64,000 nt of DNA from Eledone cirrhosa (lineage: Eukaryota): contig OZ024740.1 of assembly GCA_964016885.1 (NCBI GenBank), positions 294,810,001 through 294,874,000 of the forward strand. The letters run 5' to 3'. The notes beneath the pieces were generated by a model that searched no databases, was not told the origin of the DNA, and was given only the letters and a program-made list of their open reading frames with translations. This document shows positions 50,054 to 63,790 of this stretch, piece by piece. The translations under genes were made by a program, and so were the position numbers. Every line of letters begins with the position of its first letter. The first letter of the stretch is position 1.

Positions 50054-51084
50054 ATATTATGTATATATATTTCAGGTTGAGTGTCTCTGTAGAAGCTCTT
50101 GTTTGCAAGTGTATTTTGTATTTTTTGTAAATTATTTTGGAGAATTGCTGTTTTTTTATAAACACACCCAGAAAAATCCACATATGCAAACCTTTTTTGT
50201 TTTTACTGTTTTATCAGGGAGGAAAGAGAAGTGCCCATGATTCCTTTTCAGGGCTTCTAACATTAGTGGGAAGGAAGAAAAAAAAAAGTATCCCCACACT
50301 GGAGACGAGGCCTCAATGCTTGCAACAGAAGAAATTCTACTAAACGTACCTAAGGGTCATGCGGTGGTGTTCAACTGGGTGACAGATTAAGAGGTCATGT
50401 GCTGGTACTAAACTGGGCGACGGATTAAGTCTGTCATTCAAGTAGGCCACAGTGAGATTAAAACTTAGAATGTAAAGAGCTGGAACAAATAGCACAAGAT
50501 ACCCAACACTAACAATTCCAATTCATTACCCTGGACTAGCATTTTATTCTATCAACCTCTGAATGAAAGAAAGGCAAAGTTCACTATAGTAGTCTTTGAG
50601 CACAGACAGCAGGAACAAACAGCTTAAGGCATTTTGGATCAACACTCATTTTGCTGCTTTAAACACACACAAAGTCTTATAGTTGTATAACACAAGCACG
50701 TGTGTGTGTGTGTGTGCATGATAAATACAAGCTTGTAAGTCCATTTACCTTGATAAAGCAGAAGTTAGCTTTACAAGCCTCATGATAGGGGGTCCCTATT
50801 GAGGCAATGTGTTATGGCTGGATGACCTTGGTGCCAACTCTTACAACATGCAGAGATACAAACATACCTATTCTACATAGCATGTGATATATAGTGTTGG
50901 TGCCACAATAAAACACACCCAGTAAACTATATAAAGTTGTTGGTGTTAGGAAGGGTTTACAGCCATATAAACCAAGGAGACTTCAGTCATGGCATGGCAA
51001 CCTCTCCAGTGCTTGTGCCACAAAAATACACCCAGTACACCTTATAAGGTGGTTGGTGATAGAAAGGGCATCCAGTTGTAGAAG

Positions 51085-51530
51085 CATGTCCATATCAACA
51101 TAGTCTCCTCTCCTGCACACTACTTCTGATTCCTCTTACACCCAGAATCACCCTCAGTTCATCCAAGCTTTGTCATTCTCGCACTGAAGCATGCTTGCCT
51201 CTGCATCCACTGCCCATGTCTCACTACCATGCAGCATGGCACTTTGCACACAGGCAACATACAGCCGACCTTTCATTTATAGGGAGAAACATTTTGTTGA
51301 TAGGCGTAGCAGTTCTCTAAACTTCTTCCATTCTGTCCTTATTCTAGCTACTAAGTTCTCCAAACACTTCCTCCACTGTTGATTATATCACCTAGGTAGC
51401 AGAAACTATCAACCATTTCTATGGGTCCTTTCTGGAATAGGAAAAGGTTTATATTATTTATTTTATAATTGGCAGTCTTACTACCAATTGACCCTGAACA
51501 TCTATTACATACAAAGTCTTCCTTTTCTGT
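51085..51530 (-). mobile_element. RTE ORF2 relic
   Basis: FVCNRCSG...IEMVDSFCYLGD, WKKFRELL, LHGSETW. Confidence 0.8.
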
Positions 51531-52599
51531 TGACATTGATATATATATATGATTACATTTCACGGTCTGTTTTTCTATTTTAAATACAATTTTCGTCACT
51601 GTGTTTGACTGCACATTATCATTATCATCAGTTTGACATCCATTTTTCCATGCTATATATAACACAAACTTATTTCACTCTGTTATTTGATTCCATGTTA
51701 TCATTATCATCACTTATTAACATCCATTTTTCCATGCTGGTACTTAAGGTGGCGAAATGGCAGAGTTGTTAGAATATCAGATAGAATACTCTGCAGTATT
51801 TGTTTCTGCTCTGTGTTTAAATCCTGCCGAGGTCAACTTTGTTTTCTATCCTTTCGAGGTCGATAAAAAAAGTAGCAATCTAATACGGGAGTAGATTCTT
51901 CCTATATATCTCTTTCTCACTTCCTCCCTCGCTCTCTCTATCCTTCTCTAGAAGAAATATGCTGTGTTCAGACTTGGAGAGGGATGGGCTCCACCAGGTT
52001 TAAAATGCCCTAGAAACGCCACTATGGCATCCTTATGACACCATCAGGAGGTACAGGACCATTCATGCATAGTACTTAAATAAAAACCCTTGTCCTCAAA
52101 GACAGGTGGAGTGGGGGCATGTCTCATATACATTTTGGTTTCGGTAGTGTTTCTATGAGTCAATTTTACTGTGGCACCAACACGTCCTTGAAATGACTGA
52201 AAAGTACCTGCAATCCTTTTATGGGGGGCATGTTTCCTATATCAAGATGCCCTTCCTGACAGCAACCACTTTACACCCACATGTATATGTGCATGTCTCA
52301 AGTGTTGTTTGTTACATAATTTAGAAAGAAAATCTGCCAAAAATGGAAGTAATTCCAGACTTTGGTCTGACACAACATTTTTGAAAGTATTATTTGACAG
52401 TTTGACTGATTTAGTCCTTAGTGCATATGTACAAAGAAATTCCATCCGGGCAAAATGTTTTAGAATTAGTCGTAACAAAAGCATTCCTACTGCGATTGTC
52501 TTGCTTTTTAAAAAGGGATCTACCGTGTTCAGTATTTTTCCACTATATACTGAAATCATATAATAGGACTGCATCAATCCTAACATCGATATCTAACCA

Positions 52600-54330
52600 A
52601 TACTCATGAATATTGTATAAACATTTTTTTGAACAATACTGCATGCTCTTAGCGCGTGCGCAAAATCAAACCGAATCAGACCGCCAAGTAATTTTCAAAA
52701 TTTGTTTCTCACTGTTAAGTCCGAGATTCCACACACTCCAAAAGAAAATAACAAAACAAAAAACTTACTTTCTATTTTATACTCCAAGACGAGGTCGGAG
52801 GGATTAATAAATATTTTTCTGAGCTGAATCGTAAATCTCCGATGTTTAAAAACACAGAAATCCAAAGAAATTTACGAAAAAAACAACAACAACGAACAAA
52901 ACAAAAACAAACAGTTGGTGGTACTTCTTACGAAACTCCGCCTATATTGGAAGAGTCGTTAGAGCAGGACAAAATACCTTTCTGTATTTGTTCTGGCTCT
53001 ATGCTGAAAACCAACTTTGCCTTTCAGTTTTTTGTTCAAGATCTTAGCATTTTGAGTTCCAATGCAGCTGTTAACAGTTGCAAGTATTTGGGCCAGGTCT
53101 GTGGTTAGAGGATGCTTTCTTTCCTCCCACAATTTCAGAGGATGCGAAAAGGGTGATGGAAGCTGTCTTTCTCTCCCTGACTAAATATAAAAAAACAAAA
53201 ACAAAAGAAATCCTAAAGATAATGTGTTCCGGGATCTGTGTGTGTGCGCGTGCTTCAGTAAGAACTTCGATTTTGTGAATCTTCAGACTTCTGAACTGAA
53301 ACCAAAGTAAAACTCTAAACTCTTTTTTTAAAGATGAAATAGATAATCTAAAAAAATTATTCTAATTAATTTTTTAATTACAAGAGCAACCGGGTTGAGT
53401 TTCTGTGATAAATTCAGTAAGCCGGTTCGTACATCTGAGATAAGGAAGAATTTAAAACTAAGTTGTTGTTATTTTCCCCCGGCATATCTAATTCAATATT
53501 TTATAATTCGAATTTCAAATTCTGTCGGAATTTATTGTTTTACCAGTAAATAATATAATGCGTCGCGGTCACAATATATTAATAGTAAGACAAAAGAAAT
53601 CGTTATTTTTAACTTATTTAAAATTATAATTTGCTAAATAAATGTATCGTAACAAAATACAGTTAATGTGTTTGGGAAAATAGATGTTTAAAGTAGGGAA
53701 ACACAAACCAGAACCAAAACATAGTACCGGAAATAATTATCAATAAAGCATGTTTCAGGTATTTAATTTTCAAGTAGATTTGTTTGAGAAAAACTATATT
53801 AAAATCATTTCAAACGTAAAATTACTGAGTTCATTTTGATTTATGGTTCAATGCAATATTAATAAAATTATAAAACTAACTAAAAATACCCCCTCTTACA
53901 AGCATACAGAAAACCAAATGATTTATAATATATAGCAATTTGTAGATTACAGAGTAAATAAAAGGAATAAAGCGATAAATGTGAAGTTACTGGTCAAGTG
54001 GTGCAGATTCATTATAAATGAATTGTGGATGGCTGCACGTGGGATGTTACAATTTTATTTTTTTTAAAATCCCCCCAACAACAAATCTTTTCCCACAAGA
54101 AACATGTAAACTTCCTTCCCTATGGATTATCCATAGTTTAATCTAAGCTGGAAATATAAAAAGTTAATAAAAAACTTCCTTCAACACAATAGATTTGTTA
54201 GCTTACCTTTCTAATATGAATTGAGTCGGCCATGAAAATTAATATAAACCAATAAAAAAGAAGCTTTTATCCATTATTAAAAACTGACCAATCAAACTTC
54301 ACGATTCTCATTATATCTGGTAAAATATGG
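52600..54330 (-). promoter_or_regulatory. Probable TADA3 promoter and 5' non-coding exon region
   Basis: Repeat-poor and relatively CpG-rich; GCGCGTGCGC at 52651; CCAAT at about 54249 and 54288; minus-strand donors GAAAG|gtaagc (54207), AG|gtattt (about 52978) and AAA|gtaagt (52769). The ATG exon begins at an acceptor, so an upstream exon is required. Confidence 0.45.
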
Positions 54331-56889
54331 ACAACTGGCAAAAAGATATAATATATTTTACTCTCATATATAAATCCTTCCTTCTTGTTTTGCAGGTAAT
54401 TTCTGTATACTTAATTATCTAAATAGTGCATATTTGTTTACTTAATATTTTTTTTCCTGAATGTGAACAAATATTTGTAGATTACATTTTATTTTGCTTG
54501 TTTCGAACAAAAACCGGTGTCAAGTGTTTAACTTCCATCTGCATCGTCTTTATTTTCTAAAAATGTCAATTAGTTATATTTCTAAAACTAATTTTATCAT
54601 ATGTGAGAGATCCTGTCGTTTCTGAAAGCTTATAACTTGTATAAAATTCTTCCAAAATATTCACATTGTATTTATTTCTCGACAGAATTGTTGAAAATTG
54701 TAAATATTGATACATTTATAAGCAGGAAGTACAAGTTCCGTTTTGTTGACATTTGTATTTCTCAAACCTTCCTTAAATATATAATTAGTATATTACAAAT
54801 GTAATTACTTCACTCCAAAACTAAGTTAATAATAATCTGAGTAATTCACATTATTGGATATATTTATTACTTTTCAATCACTTTAACAGTTGAACGTGTT
54901 ACTGCTCAGATTCGCTTTTCGTTTGATACCAAACAATTTCGCTTTTTACACTTTTATGTCTACCTACAATAGCTACAGAGCTTCTCTATGGTCGCTCAAC
55001 CTGCTACAAATAGCAGCCGAATATCGCCCAAATACTTCCTTACTGTTTAAAAAAAAGGAAGTATACATTAGGTAATGCCACCCCACTTAAAAGAAAGTAG
55101 TCACTGCTGGAATGTCTGATTTCGGACCAAATTACGATAACATTGTATAGAAGATGCAGAATTTCTTAAATGTTCAAGCAACAAATGCTACAGTTTAAAT
55201 CACCTACCCAACTCTTAAAAAAAATATTTATGAGGAAGATGGAAAAAATCAATTACTGAAATACTTTTAAAACATTTATTAGAAAGATTGAAGTCAAGTG
55301 AAATTGTTTGGGTGAATGCAAAACTTAGGTGAGGTGCGAATCTGGACAAGCACCGAACTTTTTTTTTTTCATCTACTTTAGTGTTTGATTGATTATTGAG
55401 TTTCGATGAAGGAGACTCCTTATTAGAGCTCCAAATAAGATAACAAATCTATCTCGATAGATTCATTGAATTAAGTTTATAGTTAGTGTTAGAGTTCTCA
55501 CGGTGGTTCGTGTGTGTTTGTTTGAGCATGACATGCGAAATGAATACGGTGAATGCTACGAAATATTTTTTATTTTCTTATATCATGTTCCACTGTTAAT
55601 GATGCTATGAAGAAATTGATAACAATACACAGCAGTTTACGAACTGAGGTATTGTCCTATGTGCGCATACTAAAAAAAAAACTAATATTTTAAGCAAAAT
55701 AAAAAATAAAATCGTAAACAAACAACAAAACGTACATAGTTTTTGTATACCATGCTGCTACTTAAAATAGAAAAACAAACACTTTTAAATGTAATGTGTG
55801 TGTGTGTATATATATAAAAAATAGTAAGACCGCTGATTTATATCACATATATATATATACACACCCACCCACATATATTTACATATGACGGGCTTCTGCA
55901 CTTTCCGTCAAACAATTGTGTGTGTGTTTATACCAATATTTGTGTCTTTGGCATAGCAGAAAATCCCTTCCGACCCTTTGACAATTGTAAAATGGCTGGA
56001 TGCCCTTCCTATCGCTAACCACTTTACAGAGTGTACTGGGTGCATTTATCGTGTAGATAACCACAAGGTTGTCGTGCTCCTGATGAAACTAAAGAGTCCT
56101 CGGACTCTTTTTGGCATGGTTTCTAAAGCAGGGTGTCCTGCTTATTGCGAAACATCTCACAGGAAGTACTAGGTACATTATTTATGGCACAAGAGTATGT
56201 CATGGGTGTATGTCAAATGTAGGGTGGTAGTGGGATTCGACAGAGTGATTAGTGGGAGGTGATAGGTGAACAGTTATTAAGGGGTTATAGAGTTTTAGTG
56301 TGGAGGTGATCCTGGATAATTTTAGGGTGATGCTGAGAATAGTTATGTGTATGGTGGGAGTGATAATGGGGAGGCATGAATGGGTGAGGTGTCAATGATA
56401 GAATATCTACTAAGGAGTGAGACTGGAAGGTTGTGGGAAACATGGATGGGTCAAGTCAGGTCACATTTTGTGCTGGTAGAAAGGTCTTCACCAGCAAAGC
56501 ATGTCCCCATTCAGGTGGTCCTTTGTCATCTCTATTGTGAGGTCCGGCTTCTAAAGGTCGTTCTTCACTCCCTCATCCCTGTCTTCCTAGGTCTGCCTCT
56601 TCGATGGGTTCCAATCACTGAGATTTCTCTGGACTTCTATATCCCTTTTGTTACCAACCTGGCCAAAACTGGTTCTGATTCTAGGAAATAAAGTCACCCA
56701 TTTTAAAGGTTTCCAATTTAAATTAAAATCTTCCAACATAATTTTATACAAGAACCTTACATTAAGTTACTGTCTTTGTAATGAAATATTTAATAATTTT
56801 AATTGATCCCTCAAAATTCTTCATTAATTAATTGGAATAGAGTGTATTTCATTAGAAATGCAGTTGTGAAAGGGATATACAAAATTATA

Positions 56890-57322
56890 TACAATTATTA
56901 TGAAAGCCGGCTGCAGAAGCTGAACCTCTTCTCCTTGGAGCCACAACGGCTAAGAGGCGATCTCATTTTGGCTTACAATCTCTTCAATGGCCATTACGAT
57001 CTCCCTCAAGATCTCCTATTCACTCCGGCAAGATCAAGATCTCCTATTCACTACGTGGACATGGCAAAAAGCTTTTTCACCACCGCTTTCGCCTAAATAG
57101 ATGGAAAGCTGCTTTCTCGATCCGCATCTCTGGACCCTGGAATCGGCTTCCAGAAGTAGTAGTCAACACGTCAACCATGCAACAATTCAAGGCGAAATTG
57201 GACCTGTGTTGGACCACTGTGTTTTGGACTGTGTAAATTTTGCCCCCCTCCCCTCCTTACATGGCACCTGAAGCATCTATGTTTTAATTTCTGCCAAATA
57301 TATTGAATTGAATTGAATTGAA
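56890..57322 (+). mobile_element. CR1-clade 3' fragment with (ATTGA)n tail
   Basis: YESRLQKLNLFSLE..RLRGDLI..Y, LRGH, WNRLP..VV; attgaattgaattgaa tail. Confidence 0.8.
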
Positions 57323-57616
57323 TACAACTGTCATTTTTTATTCACATACACACACATAATCCACGAACTAAAAATATAACTGACAATTGTTATAGTGTTG
57401 GTTTTAATCCTTCCATGGGTTAGAGGAGGGCAGATAGGTAGCATCAATTGCAAGTAAAGATAGGCTGGTAGTGAGCTGAATCTATCACTCAAGATTCATT
57501 TTACAATAGTATGTCATTCATGAAAAGGGCATAAATATCACTGCCTGTGTTTCCCTTTGTGCCCAAATCAGAAAACATTATCAATACATACTATTATCAA
57601 ATATGGGTGGTTTGAT

Positions 57617-57797
57617 TTAACCCTTTAGCATTTACATTACTCTATATTTACTATTGTATTTTCATGATAAACACTTTATCTCACATAATATCGAATCTAT
57701 AAGATTTTGATACTATTTATTTTGAGAACAATACCTTAACATACGCATGAGCAGCTAGTTATGAACTGAAAGAGGTGAGAGAATGTTAAAGGGTTAA
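57617..57797 (-). mobile_element. piggyBac-type MITE, opposite orientation
   Basis: TTAA-ccctttagcatt ... aatgttaaaggg-TTAA. Confidence 0.88.
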
Positions 57798-58051
57798 CTA
57801 AATCTTTCACTGAGGCTTCATAGTCTTAAAATATTATTTTAGTCTGAGGATAATATGCAGGGGATACAGAGTGATAGAGAGGCAGTGAGAAAGAGATATG
57901 GAGGAAGAATCAACCCCAGTATGAGACTGGTTCTATTTTTTCGACCTCGAAAGAATGAAAGGCAAATTTGCCCTTGATAGGTTTAGAATTCAGAGAACCA
58001 GAATGAATACAACAAAACATTCTATCTGAACCTATAGGAACAATGAGATAA

Positions 58052-58382
58052 TCATCATCATCATCATAATTTTACGTCCGCTTTTCCCTGCTTGCAAGGG
58101 TGGGACGGGAACTGATTCTGGCTTGATTTCTAAGGCTGGATGCCCTTCCTAACACCAACGTCATTTACAGTGAGTGCTGGGTCCTTTTTTCCCCGTGGCG
58201 CCTACACGTCCACTTTACAGTGTGGGCTAGGTGCTTTTTTTCCGTGGCACCTCCACGACCACTTTGCAGTGGAATGATAGGGACTCCAGTCCTATCATCT
58301 CATTTCTACAGCTGAGAAAACTGGAGCAATGTGAAATAAAATGTCTTGCTCAAGGAAGCAACACATCACCCGGTCCAAGAAT
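58052..58382 (-). mobile_element. SINE family B, 5'-truncated
   Basis: matches 38340-38665. Confidence 0.85.
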
Positions 58383-58794
58383 TGTTAATGTTAAATAAAA
58401 TACCAATCAAGTATTGGGATTGATATAATTGGTTATGTCCTCCATATTTCAGGCCTTGTGCTTATGCTAGAATTCAGTATTTCTTCTTACAACATGTAGC
58501 AGTCATACAAGGTCGAAATTTTCCCTACACTGCCTTGATATCTAAGTTAAGGCATTTACAATACACACATCTGGGTATTGTAAATGCTTTGTATATCCCA
58601 GTTTTAGAATAGGTACACCATATCTTGCATGTTATAAGGGGCAACTAGATAAATTGTCACCAGGAAGAGTATCCAGTTGTAAAACATTTTTCAAATCATC
58701 ATGTCTAACCCATGTCAGCATGGAAAAGTGGATGTAAAAACAATGACCATGATTATGACATCCCAAATTATATTTGAAATTATCCATGGAAGAT

Positions 58795-59757
58795 GTCAGT
58801 CACTACCAGCTTAGGTCTACTGACCTTAGATTCTGTCAATCACTACCAGCTTAGATCTACTGACCTTAGTTTCTGTCAATCACTATCAGCTTAGGTCTAC
58901 TGACCTTAGATTCTGTCAATCACTACCAGCTTAGATCTACTGGCTTTAGTTTCTGTCAATCACTACCAGCTTAGATCTACTGGCTTTAGTTTCTGTCAAT
59001 CACTACCAGCTTAGGTCTACTGGCCTTAGTTTCTGTCAATCACTACCAGCTTAGGTCTACTGGCTTTAGATTCTGTCAATCACTACCAGCTTAGATCTAC
59101 TGGCTTTAGTTTCTGTCAATCACTACCAGCTTAGATCTACTGGCTTTAGTTTCTGTCAATCACTACCAGCTTAGATCTACTGGCTTTAGTTTCTGTCAAT
59201 CACTACCAGCTTAGATCTACTGGCCTTAGTTTCTATCAATCACTACCAGCTTAGATCTACTGGCTTTAGTTTCTGTCAATCACTACCAGCTTAGATCTAC
59301 TGGCCTTAGTTTCTGTCAATCACTACCAGCTTAGATCTACTGGCTTTAGTTTCTGTCAATCACTACCAGCTTAGATCTACTGGCCTTAGTTTCTATCAAT
59401 CACTACCAGCTTAGATCTACTGGCTTTAGTTTCTGTCAATCACTACCAGCTTAGATCTACTGGCCTTAGTTTCTGTCAATCACTACCAGCTTAGGTCTAC
59501 TGGCCTTAGTTTCTGTCAATCACTACCAGCTTAGGTCTACTGGCCTTAGTTTCTGTCAATCACTACCAGCTTAGGTCTACTGACCTTAGTTTCTGTCAAT
59601 CACTACCAGCTTAGGTCTACTGGCCTTAGTTTCTGTCAATCACTACCAGCTTAGGTCTACTGGCCTTAGTTTCTGTCAATCACTACCAGCTTAGATCTAC
59701 TGACCTTAGTGTCTGTCAATCACTACCAGCTTAGGTCTACTGGCCTTAGTTTCTATC
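58795..59757. repeat. Homogeneous 40-bp minisatellite, 24 copies
   Basis: cactaccagcttag(a/g)tctactg(a/g)c(c/t)ttag(t/a)ttct(g/a)tcaat with exact 40-bp period. Confidence 0.98.
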
Positions 59758-60555
59758 TGTTTCTTCCAGGACCACTACAACAATCTCTCTTCCTCATCAT
59801 CCATCTTCACCTTTCTCAATATGCTTTTTCTATTCAAACTTATCTGTCTGCTTACCTCAGCTTCTATCACTTTTACAATCTCACGCTCCTCATACTTAAC
59901 AATTTATTCTTTTTCAGTGTTGCATTCCCATGGAACACTGGCACTGCTGATGTTTCTCTCCAATTACCCATCTATAAAATACAAGTTATCTCTATGTCCT
60001 GGTTGAAATGTATTTCAAAAGTATATAAATATTGCATTGCTTTAAACTAATAAAACAAAATACAGTAGAACATCATTTAACACCCTTGTAAAACATGTAA
60101 TGATATATCATTTTTTAGATATAGAAATGAGTTTGTCACAATTAATATTGACTAATTGTAGATTGTGATGGCCTACAGTATATTTATCTGTATAGCTGCA
60201 CAAACATTTATATGTACTTATATATGTGTGTATATATGTATGCAAAAAGCAAACAAATAACAAAGCAAATGCACAGTACAGTGAAGAAATATATTATTAG
60301 TTTGACGCTTGATATAATAGGAAAAGATTCTTAACGTTTTGGATGCTAGTCCTTCATTAGAAAATACAATGAGAAATTAAAGAAGAAATAGAAAGATTGA
60401 GGAGACAGGCAGTGGCAGAAACATAAAATAATTTTTTTAGAGTGGAAACGAGTTGGGTAATGGGGTAAGAGAGAAATAGAATGTTGAGATGGAGTGAAAA
60501 GTGGAGAAAAAGTGGTAGAGAGCCGTGGTATATTGGTATAAAGCAAAAAGCTAAT

Positions 60556-63500
60556 ATCATCATCATTTTACGTCCGCTTTTCCCTGCTTGCAAGGGTTGG
60601 ACGGCTCCTATTCAGCACAGCATCTCTCCACTTATCACGGTCCTTCGTCATCTCTGTGAGTTTCAGCGATCTGAGGTCTGCTCTCACCACCTCTGCCCAT
60701 GTTTTTCGTGGTCTACCTTTACTGCGTCTTCCCTCCACTGGGATTTCCTGGCACTTCTTCACCCAGCAGTCATCCTCCATGCGCATCACATGTCCATACC
60801 ATCTTAGCCTTCTCTCCTGCACACCACAACTTATCCCTCTTATACCCAGTTTCTTTCTCAACTCGTCTATTGTGGTCGTTCACGCACATCCAACGGAGCA
60901 TGCTTGCTTCATTTCTCTCCAGCCTTTGCATATCTTTTGCAGTTGCTGCCCATGTCTCACTACAATGCAGCATCGCGCATCTCACACAGGCATCATATAA
61001 CCACCCTTTCGTATGCAGGGAGAAACCCTTCTTTGTCAACAGAGGAAGCAGCTCCCTAAACTTCTTCCAACCCATCCTTATTCTAGATACTATGGCCTTG
61101 GAACACTCCCCTCCCATGCTAATCTGTCACCTAGGTACCGGAAGCTATCAACCACTTCTATAGAACTCACCTGCATTTGAAAAATGAGTCTATCACAGCG
61201 ATTACTGCTGCCAACTTTCCCTGTACATCTACTGCATACGTATTTCTCCCTACCTGTTAGTTTGCCTGCTATCCCACTACATCTTGTGTACCCAAGATCA
61301 GCATTGCGTACATTTTATAGAATTTATGCCAGTTCCTTTTCTGCACATTGAACATGGCAATTTCCCTGATGGAATCAGAGTTTTGTCCTCTCTTCTACTT
61401 ATCAACACTTTTGTTTTAACTATGTTCACTCTCAGGCCTCTTGATTCCAACTGCTGTTTCCAAAGCCAGAATTTATTCTCTAGCTCCTCTACTGATTCTG
61501 CTATAAGAACCAGATCATCAGCATAGAGAAGTTCCCATGGGCATCCAGTCATAAATTCCTCTGTTATGGCTTGGAGGACTATAATGAACAAGAGTGGGCT
61601 GAGGACTGAGCCTTGATGTACACCTACTTATATCTGGAATTCCTCACTAAACTCCATTCCTATTCTCACTTTACTGACAGCACCCCTGTACATAGCTTGC
61701 ACTGTCCTCACAAGCCATTCCTCTACACCTAGTTTCCTTACAGACCACCAGATGACAGATTGAGGTACCCTATCAAAGACCTTCTCTAGGTAAACAAAAA
61801 CTAAGTATAGTGGCTTATTCTTCTCTAAGAACCTCTCTTGTAGTTGCCTCACTAAGAAGAGGGCATCTGTGGTACTTTTCCGAGGCACAAAACCAAACTG
61901 CATCTCATCTAATTTGACCCTTTCTCTAATCAGTTGTGCTAATATTCTCTCTGCCACTTTCATAACCTTATCCATCAGCTTTATGCTCTATAATTGCTCC
62001 TCTCTAGAGCATCCCCTTTACCTTTGTAGTAATTTATGAGAATACTGCTGCACCAGTCTTTGGGTATGACACCACCATATATAGCTTGATTAATGATGTG
62101 TGCAACTAGTTTAGTGCCTACTTCTCCTGATGCCTTCAGCATCTCAGCAACTATCCCCGACGGTCCAGCAGCCTTACCATTCTTCATTTCCTTAATTGCC
62201 TCTTGTACCCTATATTCGTCAATCACAATAGCTGGTCCCTCTGTCGGGTCTACTGGGCGTAATTCCTCTCTCTCCCATTTGTTCTCTACATTCATCAGTC
62301 TCCCATAATGACATTTCCAGGCCTCCTTTTGATCATTCGTGACACTAAGTGCACCAACATCATTCCGGACACACTTATCTCCAACAACATCCTGATTTGC
62401 ACTGACACACTGCCTTGCAATGCGGAACACCGCACGTCTCTGATCTTCCCGTTGCAGAACATTGGCAAACCTCCTACTCTCAGCCTCCCTGCGTGCTAAG
62501 TACACCTGACGTCTAGCTTCTCACTTAGCGGCTGTGTATCCGTCTCTACTCCCACCATTTTCCCAAGCTTTCCATGCCAGTCTTTTGTCTCTAATGGCCC
62601 TATCTACCGTGCTGTTCCACCACCAGGTCACTCTCTGTCTGATTGAAGCTCTGCTCCAACCACAAGTTTCATCAGTAGCCTGCAGTAAGTTGTGACGCAA
62701 GAAATTCCAGTTATCATCTGTCATACAACTGTAAATCGTCTTCTTTTTCGTCGTACACATCTTGAAGGGCTTTGCTAAATTTATATTTTAATGAAAGGTC
62801 TTTTAGTTTCCAGACCTTACTTTTCCACACCTTACTGTATGTCTCATTCTTTCTCTTGCTTACTGAGATGTCACTAATGACTAACCTATGCTGTGGGGTA
62901 CATCCTTCCCCAGGGTATGCCTTAGTATTTGACACCATCTGTCTGTCTCGCTGTCTAACTAGCAGGAAGTCAATCTGGCTTATGTTCTTGCCTGATTTCT
63001 AGGTTACTAGGTGGTTGGTAGGCTTTTGGAAGTTAGTGTTGCAAATGGTTAGTGCATTTGCATCACAAAATTCAAGAAGCCTCCCTCCTTCATTTCTTGA
63101 GACGTAACCATGTCCACCATGTACCCCAGTGTATCCATCCTGGAGCTGTCCAACATGTCCATTGAAGTCCCCTGCTAGCATAACGATGTCTCTGTCCTCT
63201 GTCATTGAGGCTGTCTGTAAAAGTTGCTCGTAAAAGCCATTTTTCTCTTCTTTACCTAGGCCTGCCTGGGGAGCATAGGCAGAGATGATTGTCAGTAGTC
63301 TCTTGCCTACAACTAACCTAAGCTTAATTATTCTATTACTAACTCTAACTACCTCTATTGTCTTATAACTACGATGTTTGCCTGCAATTAGTCTTGCAGA
63401 GGCACCTCTCCATCTCACCTCTTGCACACATCCACATGCTTTCTCTCCAGCATCTCCGCTATCTCACCAGATCTACCTGTTAGAGTGGCAACTCTGAGAT

Positions 63501-63790
63501 GCGACATCCCGCTCTTTTTCCTGTTGTGCGATTGCTTGATGACGGTCGTGGGGTTCTCACACATGGCCACACTAGCCACCCCACTACCATGCGCAGCCCT
63601 GACATGGTTAGTGTTATTGCTGTTTACGCAGTTGTTTTTGTGCGATTGCTTGATGACGGTTGGAGGGTTCTCGCACATGGCCGCACCAGCCACCCCACTA
63701 CCGTGCGCAGCCCTAACATGGTTAGTGTTATTGCTGTTGATGCAGTTGTTGCAATTCTTATTTGTTGTGCTCATAATTTTGGCATTTATT
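60556..63790 (-). mobile_element. Near-full-length RTE LINE (APE endonuclease, RT, PHD finger), frameshifted
   Basis: QEVRWRG, ISAYAPQ, GDFNGHVG, QHRLV, QFGF, YADD, RRLRWYGHV, GRPRKTW across consecutive ORFs; (TGA)n tail. Confidence 0.95.

Noticed and set aside
58795-59757. CRISPR-like array
   Set aside because: Units are contiguous with no unique spacers, there are no cas genes, and the context is eukaryotic
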